A stretch of DNA of 64,000 bases from NCBI GenBank assembly GCA_963674705.1, contig OY771506.1:1344001-1408000 (forward strand), given 5' to 3'. Shown here in pieces: positions 10,307 through 20,575 of this stretch. The notes under the pieces were generated by a model that was given only the letters and a program-made list of their open reading frames with translations, did no database searches and was not told the DNA's origin. Source of the DNA: Phycisphaeraceae bacterium. Its GTDB lineage: Bacteria; Planctomycetota; Phycisphaerae; Phycisphaerales; Phycisphaeraceae. The translations under genes were made by a program, and so were the position numbers. Every line of letters starts with the position of its first letter. Position 1 is the first letter of the stretch.

Positions 10307-11107
10307 GTGTGGGCGGAGGTGAAGGTGAGTCGGTTGGGTATTAGCAGCTTATGTTTAGCGCGGTCCCACGCCTGGAAAGCGTGGGCTTCGGTTGTCGTGT
10401 GTGTGCTGGTGTGTTGTGCGTCGGCGACTGCGCAGTTGGATCAGCGGGCGGTGCTGGCGGGGTTGGGGGATGATGATTATCAGGTGCGGCAGGAGGCGAC
10501 GCGTCAGCTTCTGCTGGATGAGTTTTTGACGGCGGATCAGTTGGATGCTTTGTATATGGCGAGCAAGACGCCGGAGCAACGTAATCGTTTGTTGTGCGTG
10601 GCTCGACATCACATGATCCGCCGGCAGATCGAGCAGAACTACGGAGAATTACGCGGTTCGGGTTCGATGGGTTTGTCGCATCACGTGGTGCGGGTGACGG
10701 GACCGGACGGTCAAACGCAGCAGACGGGCGTGATGGTGGTGATGACGCTGCCGGGTTTTCCCGCGTATGCGATGCTTGAGCCGGGCGATGTGATTGTTCG
10801 ATTTGCGGGCGAAGATATGCCGCAACGGATGTCGCCGACGCAGTTTCAGCTGTTGATCCGCGATCACAAGGCGGGCGAGGTGATTGAGATTGTGATTATG
10901 CGTAACAGCAAGCCGATGGCACTGGACTTCCAGATGTGTCAGGGGCAGGCGCTGAGCGAAGTGTACGACACGAGCGGGATCACACTGAATGAACCTTACC
11001 TCGGGCTGTGGGCGCAGGAGCGGGCGCGGATCGAGGGGCTGTTGCAGGTTGAGACCGAGGATGATTCGCGGCCGGAGGTCCCGATAACTGACGACCCCGG
11101 GGCGTGA
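10307..11107 (+). CDS. Exported PDZ-domain protein
   Basis: Hydrophobic N-terminus; GFPA..LEPGDVIVRFAG PDZ signature; start uncertain. Confidence 0.7.
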   Translation: MWAEVKVSRLGISSLCLARSHAWKAWASVVVCVLVCCASATAQLDQRAVLAGLGDDDYQVRQEATRQLLLDEFLTADQLDALYMASKTPEQRNRLLCVARHHMIRRQIEQNYGELRGSGSMGLSHHVVRVTGPDGQTQQTGVMVVMTLPGFPAYAMLEPGDVIVRFAGEDMPQRMSPTQFQLLIRDHKAGEVIEIVIMRNSKPMALDFQMCQGQALSEVYDTSGITLNEPYLGLWAQERARIEGLLQVETEDDSRPEVPITDDPGA

Positions 11108-11219
11108 TAATCGTTACAGTTTACCCAGCATGAATCATGTGCAGGGCCGGTGTTATTTTGGGGGCTTTTTTCCCTATCAGATTCGCGTCCGAGCGGGTTA
11201 TATCGTCTGCTTCATTCGG

Positions 11220-11483
11220 ATGAAACGCCGGAGTTCGGCGAGACACAGACCGCGCGTTTGGAGCGAATGGATGAAAGCGGGATTGAACGTATTGGCTTGG
11301 GGGTTTGCGATCGCCGTGATTGTGTATCTGGCGGTAGGGCCCGGCGTGGGCGTGTTGTATCACAACCCGCTGGCGAGCCTGGGTGTAGGCCTGATCGGCC
11401 TGGGGCTGATGATCGAAGGCCGGCGTAAGCTCGTTGCCGCCAAGGCGACGGTGCCCGTAGAGCATAAAAACCCGACGCGATAG
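11220..11483 (+). CDS. Small membrane protein
   Basis: Two hydrophobic segments, followed by a terminator-like hairpin; start uncertain. Confidence 0.5.
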   Translation: MKRRSSARHRPRVWSEWMKAGLNVLAWGFAIAVIVYLAVGPGVGVLYHNPLASLGVGLIGLGLMIEGRRKLVAAKATVPVEHKNPTR

Positions 11484-11505
11484 ATACCTGCAATTTTACT
11501 CAGTG

Positions 11506-11562
11506 AACATGCTTTATCGACCTGCCATGTTTTGACCGCGTGGCGATAAAGCATGTTTTTTT
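11506..11562 (+). terminator. Intrinsic terminator
   Basis: AACATGCTTTATCG..CGATAAAGCATGTT followed by a T run. Confidence 0.65.
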
Positions 11563-11570
11563 ATGCTTAC

Positions 11571-11610
11571 AAAAACACCGCGCTTTGCCTGGTATGACAA
11601 AGCGCGGTGT
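11571..11610 (-). terminator. Intrinsic terminator
   Basis: ACACCGCGCTTTG..CAAAGCGCGGTGT stem with T run on the minus strand. Confidence 0.8.
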
Positions 11611-11639
11611 CACTAATTAATTGATTGTGTAGATCGACG

Positions 11640-14114
11640 TCAGTTGCCTGTCTTATAGTCCAGCAGCGCGCGATACTTGGGAGCGGTGCTGATGGCCTGG
11701 TCCATGAAGTCGAGCTGACCCCAAGCACCCCACTTGTCGGGTTTTTCGACGAAGTTGAAGGCGGTGAACAGGCTGCCGCCGGCTTTCTCCCATTCGCGCA
11801 TGTTGGCGATATACACGTCGTACATCAGCGGATGGTTCTGCATCTCCAGCAGGGCATTGAGGTATGACGGGTTGCCACCCTCGGCGGTGTAGTGCTGGCC
11901 GCCCTCGTAACCGATGAGCGGGATGTCGCGGCCGGTCTTGCGTGTCCACTGGCGGGACAGCTTGCCGTGGGCGCGGTAGTTGGTGCGCTGGCCCTTGACC
12001 ATATCGTCCATGGCCTTCTCCAGCAGCCGCCGGGACGTGACGTTGCCGAAGCTATCCATTTCACGTTTGGTCATACCAAAGTAGGTGGTGCAGGAGATCG
12101 CATCGAACTCACCTTGGAGGTTTTCAACGAGCTGGCCGGTGACCCAGGGGTTGTCCTTCTGGCCCGCGGCGACGCGGATGACGCGGCCGCTCTGGTTACC
12201 CCAGACATCCATCCAGATTTCGAAGTCGCGGTCGGCTTCTTCTGCCCAGGCTTCGTTGAACTCATCAGACAGTGATCGGCCGTCCGTTCGGCCCTGGATC
12301 CACTTGTGCTGCGGGAACTGCGAGTTCCAGACTTCGTTGGACCACTCGACGTAGACGTTCAGGTCCTTGCGCAGGCGTGACTTGACCAGCTCTGCAAACT
12401 TCTCGACGTAGCGGTCGTTTGCCAGGTGCGGCATGCAGAACCAGGGGTCGGCGCCGAGTTCGTTGCACAGGTCGATCATGTATTCGAGCGCAACGCCGTC
12501 GCCCGTGCCTTGTGTGTAGTAATCGTACCTGGGCCGATCCGACCAGGTGGTAATATTCGAGCCGTTGGTTTGCATCCAGTCCATGAAGCGGATGACGCTG
12601 AACGGCTTGAGGCGTTTGAGATACAGCGGGTGGAACGGCGACTGGGCGTCTTCGAAGCCCGGCAGCCAGACCTTGACGTTACGCACGGGGTCGTTACGGT
12701 TTGACCGATCGATACGCAGGTAGATACCGAGGTCTGTCGGCGTCACCTCAGCGATGATGCGGTTGCCGTTTTTGCGGATGACTTTGGCGTCCCAGCCGAG
12801 GTCGACATCGCCGTCGCCTTCCCAGGTACAGACGTAACGTCCGGCGGGGTAGGAACCGCGTGTGTCGTGGTACATGATGGTGTGCGCCGCCTGCCCGTTT
12901 TTCAGCAGGGGCCAGCCGTTTTCATTCAGTTGCAGGCTCTCGCCGGAGTCCCACGGATCGCTGTCGCCGGGGCGGGTCGGCAGCCACTGGTGCGATTGCT
13001 TCATGGCGTCAACGAAGACCCATTCGCGCGTGTAGTAAGTGACGTCGGCGAGGTTCATGCCGAGGAAGTTCTTGCTGCGCGGTTTGGGGGCGGTCCCGGT
13101 ATCGTCGACTACGTCGTCGTCGGGGACGGGCTGCGGGTCCGGTTCGTTGTTCAGGCCCGGGATGCGGAAGCTGATGCGCCGGGTGTGTGTGAGTTCATTA
13201 CCTGAATAGGCATGGACACGCAGCACGTATTGGCCCGGCGGGTAATTGGCGGGGTCGAAGGTATTGCCTTGGCCGAACATGACGTACGGCGCCTGTGTTT
13301 CGACGTCATACACATTCTCGGGGCCGGTGAGTTTGAAAACGATTTTGGACGGCGTGCCGCCGACCACGTCGGCTTCTATCTGTGTGGGGGCGCGAAGGAC
13401 ACTGCCCCTGTCAAGGCCTTGAATACTCCGAATGCGGATGTCGCTCTCAATGTGGAACGGGAGCGTGCGGGTGTCGACGGCCATATCGCCGCTGTAGGCG
13501 GTGACGCTGATTTCGTAGTCGCCCGCGGGCACGCTGTGAACGTCCCACTTCACCTCGTCGCCGATCATGAAGTAGGGTTTTTCGTAGTCGGTGTGTGTGA
13601 AGTTCACCGGGCCCTTGATATCGAATACGACCTTGCTTGGTGTGCCGCCGCGCACCTTGGCTTCGACGGTGGTATCACGTGTCAGGGTGATATTGCGGTT
13701 GATCCCGATAATACGCGAGACCTTGAGGTTGTTACCGATGTTAAAATTGATGTACCGGAAGTCGAGGATGCGGTGATTTCGGATAAGGTAGACGTTGAGT
13801 TTATAGTTGCCGGGTTCCGCTTCGGAAGTGCTCCACTCGCGATAGCGTTCGTTCATGACGTAAGGCTCTTTGTCGTCGAAAAAGTCATACGACGTTGGGC
13901 CTTCGATGTTGTACCAGACGGTGTATTCCTCGCCGTCGACGAGGTCGGCGACGTGCGTCTGGATGCGCAGTTCGCCGGTGACGGTTTGACCGTCTTGGAT
14001 GCCGGAGACGCGTGTGATGCGTTCGGCGTTTGCGGTTTGTGCTGTGATGGCGAATATCCAACACAGCGCGATAAGGATGAAGCTTCCGTTCTTTCGTCTT
14101 ACATTCAACAGCAT
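11640..14114 (-). CDS. Secreted protein with three Ig-like repeats and a putative glycoside hydrolase-like TIM barrel
   Basis: Signal peptide; three ~95-aa repeats (GGTPSK, GP..PY, G.Y.L.V.AY); C-terminal GMNL, RFMDW, EWSNEVWN and YEGGQH motifs. Confidence 0.7.
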   Translation of the reverse strand: MLLNVRRKNGSFILIALCWIFAITAQTANAERITRVSGIQDGQTVTGELRIQTHVADLVDGEEYTVWYNIEGPTSYDFFDDKEPYVMNERYREWSTSEAEPGNYKLNVYLIRNHRILDFRYINFNIGNNLKVSRIIGINRNITLTRDTTVEAKVRGGTPSKVVFDIKGPVNFTHTDYEKPYFMIGDEVKWDVHSVPAGDYEISVTAYSGDMAVDTRTLPFHIESDIRIRSIQGLDRGSVLRAPTQIEADVVGGTPSKIVFKLTGPENVYDVETQAPYVMFGQGNTFDPANYPPGQYVLRVHAYSGNELTHTRRISFRIPGLNNEPDPQPVPDDDVVDDTGTAPKPRSKNFLGMNLADVTYYTREWVFVDAMKQSHQWLPTRPGDSDPWDSGESLQLNENGWPLLKNGQAAHTIMYHDTRGSYPAGRYVCTWEGDGDVDLGWDAKVIRKNGNRIIAEVTPTDLGIYLRIDRSNRNDPVRNVKVWLPGFEDAQSPFHPLYLKRLKPFSVIRFMDWMQTNGSNITTWSDRPRYDYYTQGTGDGVALEYMIDLCNELGADPWFCMPHLANDRYVEKFAELVKSRLRKDLNVYVEWSNEVWNSQFPQHKWIQGRTDGRSLSDEFNEAWAEEADRDFEIWMDVWGNQSGRVIRVAAGQKDNPWVTGQLVENLQGEFDAISCTTYFGMTKREMDSFGNVTSRRLLEKAMDDMVKGQRTNYRAHGKLSRQWTRKTGRDIPLIGYEGGQHYTAEGGNPSYLNALLEMQNHPLMYDVYIANMREWEKAGGSLFTAFNFVEKPDKWGAWGQLDFMDQAISTAPKYRALLDYKTGN

Positions 14115-14624
14115 GTACAAAGTCCTCTTGGTGTCGGTGGTGCTCCTCACCACCTTCGAGCCGAATCACGCGTCGTCTGCTTCTTGCATGGCGGTGTTCG
14201 GCGTCAGTGAGCGGGCAGGGGTGTTTGGGGGGTCGTTTTTCAGTACGGTGGGTGTCGAGTGACCGGGCTCGACGGCGTAGCATGTCCCGCTGGTCTGGGC
14301 TTATCGACGGCAAAGCATTGCTCCGTGACAAAGTTTGCCGCGCCCGCCAGCAGGCCCGATAACTATAACCATACGCTAATAAATTGCCACCCCTTACCGC
14401 GTTTTTTGCCTATATTTCAAGCTAATTCGTGATGGGTGCGGTGCTTAGGGCTGGTTTTTTTCTCCCCCGGATATCCACATCAACAGACTCATGCGTAATG
14501 TCCTGGATGTGAACGGCGATCAAGTACGTTACGCTGCAATCGTCGGTCCCATGTTTGCCGCAGCAAGCTTCTGTCGGCAGGTCCGAAGTCTTGCCATTGC
14601 GCAGCTTTTTAGAGGAGTTAACCG

Positions 14625-15149
14625 ATGTCGACGCTTGATGGTAAACGCGTGCTGATCTTCGTCGGTAACGATTACGAAGACATGGAATTGCAATACCCGA
14701 AGTACCGTTTGATCGAAGCGGGCGCGCAGGTTGTTGTCGCCGGCCTGGAAGCGGGGGTTGTTTATAAAGGTAAGCATGGCTATCCGCAGACTTCACACGA
14801 GCGCATCATGGATCTCGAAGCGGCGGATTTTGATGGGCTGGTGATCCCCGGCGGATGGATGCCCGATAAGTTGCGCCGATACGACGAGGTGAAGCGCATC
14901 ACGAAACAGATCAACGATGCGGGTAAGTGTGTCGCGTCGATCTGTCACGGCCCGTGGATCGATATCTCCGCGGGGATCGTGAAGGGCGCAACGTATACAA
15001 GCACGCCCGGGTTAACCGACGATCTGCGCAACGCCGGCGCAACCTGGGTCGATGAACCGGTGGTAATCGACGGCAATCATGTGACCAGCCGCAGGCCCGA
15101 CGATTTGCCCGCATTTTGTAGAGGTATTTTGGAGGTGATGACAAAATGA
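14625..15149 (+). CDS. PfpI/DJ-1 family type 1 glutamine amidotransferase-like protein
   Basis: YEDMEL, IPGG, SICHGP and TSRRPDDLP motifs. Confidence 0.93.
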   Translation: MSTLDGKRVLIFVGNDYEDMELQYPKYRLIEAGAQVVVAGLEAGVVYKGKHGYPQTSHERIMDLEAADFDGLVIPGGWMPDKLRRYDEVKRITKQINDAGKCVASICHGPWIDISAGIVKGATYTSTPGLTDDLRNAGATWVDEPVVIDGNHVTSRRPDDLPAFCRGILEVMTK

Positions 15150-16087
15150 AAAAGCTGAATGTTTATCTGTCCGCAATCATGATTTTCATATTGAGTAGCA
15201 CAACGATGGTTCAAGCTGTTGCCGAAGAAACGCAAGATACAGAATCGCCTCAGCCGTTTCGCGTGATGAGTTTTAACGTGCGCTACGGCAACGCGGATGA
15301 TGGGCTGAGCAGTTGGGAGTACCGACACGAACTGTTGCTCAAAACGATCCAGACATATGACCCGGATATCCTCGGCGTGCAGGAAGCGATCCTGAAGCAG
15401 GTGAAGTACCTGCGCGACGAGATGGATGGTTACGTTTTCTTCGGCGCGGGGCGCGATGACGGCAAGCTCGCCGGTGAGATGTGCGCGATCTACTATCGAA
15501 GTGATCGCTTCCGGCGCATCGGCGCGGGGCACTTCTGGTTAAGCGAAGAACCCGATAAGCCCGGCAGCTTCGGGTGGGATGCGGCGTTCCCGCGCATGGT
15601 CAGTTGGCTGCGCCTGCGCGACAAGACCGACAACAGTGTGGTCTTCGTGGCGAATACGCATTGGGATCATCGCGGTGAGGAGGCGCGGCTGAATTCGGCG
15701 AAGATGATCCGTCAGCGCATCGCCGAACTGGCGAAGGGCGCGCCCGTCATCATCATGGGCGACTTCAACTGTACGGAGGATTCAAGACCTTACGGTGTGT
15801 TAATAAGCGGTGAGTCGGATGATACGATTGGTTTAGCCGACAGCTATCGCGAGATGGTCCCGCAGCGTGACCCGCAAGAGGCGACTTATCATGGATTCCG
15901 TGGTGATCTGAAGGGCAGCCGGATCGACTGGATCCTGCATAGTCTTGACCTGAAGGTACTTGCGGCCGACATCGACCGCACGCATGAGGACAACCTCTAC
16001 CCGTCGGACCACTACCCGGTGACGGCCACGTTCCAGCAGGCAACCGAAAAAAACGCGGAAAAACAGGCAAAAAATTCATCTGAGTGA
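15146..16087 (+). CDS. Exported endonuclease/exonuclease/phosphatase (EEP) family protein
   Basis: SFNVR, GVQE, NTH, GDFN, RIDWI and PSDHYPV motifs; signal peptide. Confidence 0.92.
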   Translation: MKKLNVYLSAIMIFILSSTTMVQAVAEETQDTESPQPFRVMSFNVRYGNADDGLSSWEYRHELLLKTIQTYDPDILGVQEAILKQVKYLRDEMDGYVFFGAGRDDGKLAGEMCAIYYRSDRFRRIGAGHFWLSEEPDKPGSFGWDAAFPRMVSWLRLRDKTDNSVVFVANTHWDHRGEEARLNSAKMIRQRIAELAKGAPVIIMGDFNCTEDSRPYGVLISGESDDTIGLADSYREMVPQRDPQEATYHGFRGDLKGSRIDWILHSLDLKVLAADIDRTHEDNLYPSDHYPVTATFQQATEKNAEKQAKNSSE

Positions 16088-16252
16088 TTGACCTGATCGC
16101 AAAAGTGCCTACCCTAACAAGTCCACGGAGGGCTCCGAAACAACCCCTGCCTGACTAGAGCCCAGCACGCCGTGGTGCCGATAACACAAGTAGAGCCGTT
16201 CTGTTCTGATGCCGACCTTTGTGTTATTTGCCCTGATAGACAGAGGTACCCC

Positions 16253-17224
16253 ATGCGTTTATGGTCAGTGTGCTTATTGATTGTTGCCGTCGCAGCCGCG
16301 TCGGTCGGTTGTGGTTCCTCGCCGCATGCGTACAACTTCTTCTCGCGCAGTGCCAAGCCCAAGCAGGTGGTGCACAACAGCGACTACCGGGTGATGAGCT
16401 TTAATCTCCGCACGAAGTTCGTCGGCGATGGACCCAATTACTGGGATCACCGCAAAGAATATGTGGTGCAATCGATCCAGAAGTTCTCGCCCGATCTGTT
16501 GGGCACGCAGGAATGCCAGGCCTCGCAGGCGCGCTATCTCAAGGCGCACTTGCCGGGCTATGAATTCGTCGGCGCAGGCCGCAATGACGGCAAGGGTGAC
16601 GGCGAGATGTGCGGCATCTTTTACAGAAGCGATAAGTTCACGAAACTGGATCAGGGTCACTTCTGGTTGAGCGAAACACCCTATGAGCCGGGCAGCAAGA
16701 GCTGGGGCTCGTCGTATCGTCGGATGGTGTCCTGGGTGAAGCTCATACCGCGCTCGGGCGGCGAACCGTTCTACTTCTTTAATACACACCTGGATAATTC
16801 CTCGGAACGTGCCAGGGTCCAGCAGGCGTGGCTGCTGCGGCGCATGATCGATCAGATCGCGGACGGCCGATCCACGATCGTCACCGGCGACTTCAACACC
16901 GGCTACGAAACCACCCCCTACCAGTTACTGGTACACGGCCCGCAGGATTGGCGCGGCTACCTGGTTGATACCTATAGCCAGGTAAACAAGGTTACGGGGC
17001 ACGGCGAGGGCACACGCCACAAATTCCATGGCGGAACGGATGGCGATCGCATCGATTGGATCATGACCACCGACAACTTCACCACCGTCAGCGCCACGAT
17101 CGACCGCACACACTACGGCGGCAGGTACCCATCCGACCACTTCCCCGTCACCGCGGTGGTCCGCCAGCAACAGGGTTCACGTTTTGCGGGGCATCGCAGC
17201 TCATACTATGCCGGCGGCTCCTGA
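16253..17224 (+). CDS. EEP family lipoprotein
   Basis: Lipobox-like SVGC; SFNLR, GTQE, NTHLD, GDFN and PSDHFPV motifs. Confidence 0.92.
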   Translation: MRLWSVCLLIVAVAAASVGCGSSPHAYNFFSRSAKPKQVVHNSDYRVMSFNLRTKFVGDGPNYWDHRKEYVVQSIQKFSPDLLGTQECQASQARYLKAHLPGYEFVGAGRNDGKGDGEMCGIFYRSDKFTKLDQGHFWLSETPYEPGSKSWGSSYRRMVSWVKLIPRSGGEPFYFFNTHLDNSSERARVQQAWLLRRMIDQIADGRSTIVTGDFNTGYETTPYQLLVHGPQDWRGYLVDTYSQVNKVTGHGEGTRHKFHGGTDGDRIDWIMTTDNFTTVSATIDRTHYGGRYPSDHFPVTAVVRQQQGSRFAGHRSSYYAGGS

Positions 17225-17251
17225 GTTCGACCTGAAATCATGATGAAAAGC

Positions 17252-17286
17252 AATAGCCCCATACGGAAGTGTGGGGTTTGTTTTTA
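17252..17286 (+). repeat. REP-like palindrome doubling as terminator
   Basis: AATAGCCCC..CGGAAG.GTGGGGTT, near-identical copy at 47128-47154; T-rich tail. Confidence 0.7.
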
Positions 17287-17326
17287 TTGATTCTTACTTC
17301 TGGGGTTATTGGCACTTTTAATGTCC

Positions 17327-17401
17327 GTCATTCCCGCGCAGGCGGGAATCCACGCGCACAGTGAATCCCTGTACGTGGAACCCCGCCGGCGCGGGGATGA
17401 C
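17327..17401. repeat. Paired palindrome with ATTCCC-N8-GGGAAT core
   Basis: GTCATTCCCGCGCAGGCGGGAATCC paired with GGAACCCCGCCGGCGCGGGGATGAC. Confidence 0.75.
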
Positions 17402-17521
17402 ATCAAACGGGTCGGGTGTTAACGATGCAAATCCCTCTGATTCATAAGAGAAAGCGCCCGACCAGGATGATCGGGCTGTATGGATGAACCCTTCGGGCCA
17501 ACTGTGCGTAAAATGCCCACC

Positions 17522-18472
17522 ATGGGGATTATTCGCACGCAACAATTGACGCGGACATACGGCCGACACCGGGGGATCAACCGATTGGACCTGAATGTGT
17601 CGCGCGGGTCGGTGTATGGATTTCTTGGGCCCAACGGCGCGGGCAAGACGACGGCGATCCGCGTATTGTTGGGTTTTTTAAGGCCGACGGCCGGGGCGGC
17701 GTCGATCCTCGATCGCGACTGCTGGCGTGAGGGTCGCGATATTAAAAAAGACGTTGGTTATCTGCCTGGGGATCTGAGGTTGTATCCGTGGATGACCGGT
17801 GAAGCGGTGCTGCGTTGGGTCGGGCAGGTGCGGCAGTGTGATCTGATGCCGCACGGTCGAGCGTTGAGCGAAGACTTTGGGCTGGACCTGTCGCGGCGCG
17901 TGCGCGAGATGTCTCGTGGGACGCGGCAAAAGCTGGGGCTGGTTCTGGCGATGGCGCATAAACCAACACTGTTGATCCTGGATGAGCCGACGGCTTCGCT
18001 GGACCCAATCATGCAGCAGAAGCTGCACACGCAATTGCGAACGCTTGCAGACAACGGGCACACGGTGTTTTTCTCAAGCCACACGCTAAGCGAGGTGGAT
18101 CGGTTGTGTGATCACGTTGCGATCGTGCGAGAAGGTGAGTTGGTGACGCAAGGATCGTTATCCGAGTTGCGCAACAAGGCGGGGCATTGGGTGACAGTGC
18201 GATGGAAGGACGAGGCTTCGGGGAAGACGGAGCCGCCAGGGTATTTGAAACTATCGCAGCGCGAGGCGCGATTGTGGATCGGCGAACTGGATGGGCCGGT
18301 CGATCGGTTTGTTGCGTGGCTGCATGGCCGGGCGATCGAGGATTTATCGATCGGGCCGCCCGACCTGGAATCGCTGTTCCACCATTACTACGAGAACGGC
18401 AATGGCGGCAAGAAGTTGATCGGAGAAGGTTCGTCGCAAACTTCCGGGGGTCGGGACGGGGGTGGTGTATGA
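17522..18472 (+). CDS. ABC-2 type transporter ATP-binding protein
   Basis: GPNGAGKT, MSRG, LILDEPT and SSH motifs. Confidence 0.95.
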   Translation: MGIIRTQQLTRTYGRHRGINRLDLNVSRGSVYGFLGPNGAGKTTAIRVLLGFLRPTAGAASILDRDCWREGRDIKKDVGYLPGDLRLYPWMTGEAVLRWVGQVRQCDLMPHGRALSEDFGLDLSRRVREMSRGTRQKLGLVLAMAHKPTLLILDEPTASLDPIMQQKLHTQLRTLADNGHTVFFSSHTLSEVDRLCDHVAIVREGELVTQGSLSELRNKAGHWVTVRWKDEASGKTEPPGYLKLSQREARLWIGELDGPVDRFVAWLHGRAIEDLSIGPPDLESLFHHYYENGNGGKKLIGEGSSQTSGGRDGGGV

Positions 18473-19284
18473 ATCGGGGATTGATTGCCAAGACGGTGCG
18501 TGAGCTTTGGCCGACGACGCTGCTGATCGGTTTGTTGGTTGCGACGTTTGAGGGGCTTATCGCGGTGGTGTTGCCGCGGTATGAATCGCAGATGGGTCTG
18601 CAGATGCTTGAGATGCCGTTCGTAAAGCGAATCATCGAGGGGATGCTGGGGTCGAAAATGGCGGACCAGGTCGGGCCGGAGATTTTGTGGTCTATTCCCT
18701 GGGCGCATCCAGTAATGTTGTCATTGATTTTGGCGCATGCAGTGATCTGTACGACACGATTGCCTGCCGGGGAAGTGGACCGTGGGACGATCGATATTGC
18801 GCTGGGCTTGCCGATATCTCGCTGGCAGTGGATACGGACGGATACGCTGCTGTGGATCGGTAGCGCGATGATTGTGGTGGCACTGTTAATCACCGGCAAC
18901 AAGGTCGGCTCGACGATCTATGGCAACGAGCGGGTGTTGAGTTTAAAAGAAACCATCATCATCTACGTGAACCTGCTGGGCGTGTACCTTGCGGTGGGCG
19001 GTGCCGGTTGGTTGATCTCGTCCTTGAGCGATCGGCGCGGCAAGGCGATCACGATTGTGTTTGTGTTGATCGTGCTGTCGTTTTTGATCAGTTACCTGGA
19101 GCAGTTCTGGGAGCCGGCGGAATATGCGGCGTGGTTCAGTGTGGTGTCGTATAACCGGCCCTTGTTCGTGTTGCGTGACGGCGCGTGGCCGGTGCGGGAT
19201 CTGTGTGTGTTGTACGGCGCGGCGGCGGTGTTGTGGGGGACGGCCGCGTGGTGGTTTACACGCAGGGATTTGTGTACGACGTGA
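18469..19284 (+). CDS. ABC-2 type permease
   Basis: AGEVDRGT motif, about 6 TM segments, ATGA overlap with the ATPase. Confidence 0.9.
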   Translation: MNRGLIAKTVRELWPTTLLIGLLVATFEGLIAVVLPRYESQMGLQMLEMPFVKRIIEGMLGSKMADQVGPEILWSIPWAHPVMLSLILAHAVICTTRLPAGEVDRGTIDIALGLPISRWQWIRTDTLLWIGSAMIVVALLITGNKVGSTIYGNERVLSLKETIIIYVNLLGVYLAVGGAGWLISSLSDRRGKAITIVFVLIVLSFLISYLEQFWEPAEYAAWFSVVSYNRPLFVLRDGAWPVRDLCVLYGAAAVLWGTAAWWFTRRDLCTT

Positions 19285-19313
19285 AAGAACAAGAGCGCTG
19301 AGCCGCAAGCGGC

Positions 19314-20021
19314 TTAAGTGAGTAGTTCGGAGATGTTGTGGATGATACGGTCGGGGGTGATGTCGGCGTCTTCGGGCAGACCTGTTTGTTTCCAGTCGAC
19401 CCAGATGCCTTTCATGCCCAGTTTCTGGGGGGTTTCGACTTCCCAGTGGAGGTTGTCGCCGACCATCCAGGTTTCTTCGGGTTTGGCGTTGAGTGTTTTC
19501 AGGGCGTGGTCGAACACGCGGCGGTCGGGTTTGCCGATGCCGAACTCGCCTTCGAGGATGATGCAGTCGAAGTAGGGTTCGAGCTCGAAGCGGATAACTT
19601 TTTCGCGTTGCGTTTCGCCCTTGCCGTTGCTGATCAGGGCCAGGCGTACGCCGGCATCCTTGAGGGTTTGCAGCGTGTGGATCGCGCCGTCGAAGGGCTG
19701 CATCGTGGTGATGCGACGTTGCGTAAACCAGTCGGCTATCTCGGTGGCGAGCCTGGGATTCGATGCGCCAAGTTCTTGTAGCGCATGTTCCACGCAACCG
19801 GCACGCGCACGGTACAGGTCCATCCGCCCTGCCTTGTTCCTCTGCGGATCGGACCAGAACCACTCCCGGCTCTCTTGCATCTTTTGATCAAACGCGGCAA
19901 CCTTCACACCCGCTTTTTCAGCGAACGCTTCGGCGGCCTGCGACCACAAACGATCGGCGCTGAGCGTGGTGTCGAGGATGGTGTCGTCGAGGTCGAAGAT
20001 GATAGCTTTGGGGAAGTTCAT
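19314..20021 (-). CDS. HAD family hydrolase
   Basis: FDLDDT, SNG, KP and VGDN motifs. Confidence 0.93.
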   Translation of the reverse strand: MNFPKAIIFDLDDTILDTTLSADRLWSQAAEAFAEKAGVKVAAFDQKMQESREWFWSDPQRNKAGRMDLYRARAGCVEHALQELGASNPRLATEIADWFTQRRITTMQPFDGAIHTLQTLKDAGVRLALISNGKGETQREKVIRFELEPYFDCIILEGEFGIGKPDRRVFDHALKTLNAKPEETWMVGDNLHWEVETPQKLGMKGIWVDWKQTGLPEDADITPDRIIHNISELLT

Positions 20022-20056
20022 GGGTCTGGAGTCTAGGGCCTGGGGGCTGGTCAGAA

Positions 20057-20575
20057 TTACAAATTATTTACGGCCAATCTTCTGGCGTGGCAGAGGGCGA
20101 TGGCGATGGCGTCGGCGACGTCGGGGGGGCTGGGCACTTCGGCGAGGCCGCACTGGGATTGTACCGCCCGTTGGACCTGTTCTTTTGAGGCGTGACCGTA
20201 GCCGGTGAGGGACTTTTTCACTTCGGTGGAAGGCCAGTCCTGTACGGGCAGGTTGCGCTTTTGCGCGCAGAGGAGGATGACGCCGCGAGCGTGGCCCATG
20301 AGGATGGCGGTGCGGGGGTGTTTGTAGTGTGCGTAAAGCTTTTCGACGGCGAAGCAGTCGGGCTTGTGCTCATCGACGATCGCTGTGAGTTCGTCGTGGA
20401 GTTGGCCGAGGCGTGCGGCCATGTCGGCTTTGGCGTCGATGCGGATGATGCCGCCTTCGACGAGGGTGGGTTCGATTGCGCCCTCGGCGATGTCGACGAC
20501 GCCATAACCTGTGATGCGCAGGCCCGGATCGATCCCCATGACACGGGTGGTCGTAATGCTTTGCGGGCCGGTCAT
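20057..20575 (-). CDS. ruvC: Holliday junction resolvase
   Basis: GIDPG, AVE, HARGVI, GYGHASKEQV and DVADAIAIA motifs. Confidence 0.96.
   Translation of the reverse strand: MTGPQSITTTRVMGIDPGLRITGYGVVDIAEGAIEPTLVEGGIIRIDAKADMAARLGQLHDELTAIVDEHKPDCFAVEKLYAHYKHPRTAILMGHARGVILLCAQKRNLPVQDWPSTEVKKSLTGYGHASKEQVQRAVQSQCGLAEVPSPPDVADAIAIALCHARRLAVNNL

Noticed and set aside
14300..14345. c-di-GMP-I riboswitch (GGCAAAC seen)
   Set aside because: Lacks the GAAA tetraloop and GACGCAAAG continuation; better explained by the promoter-like motif.
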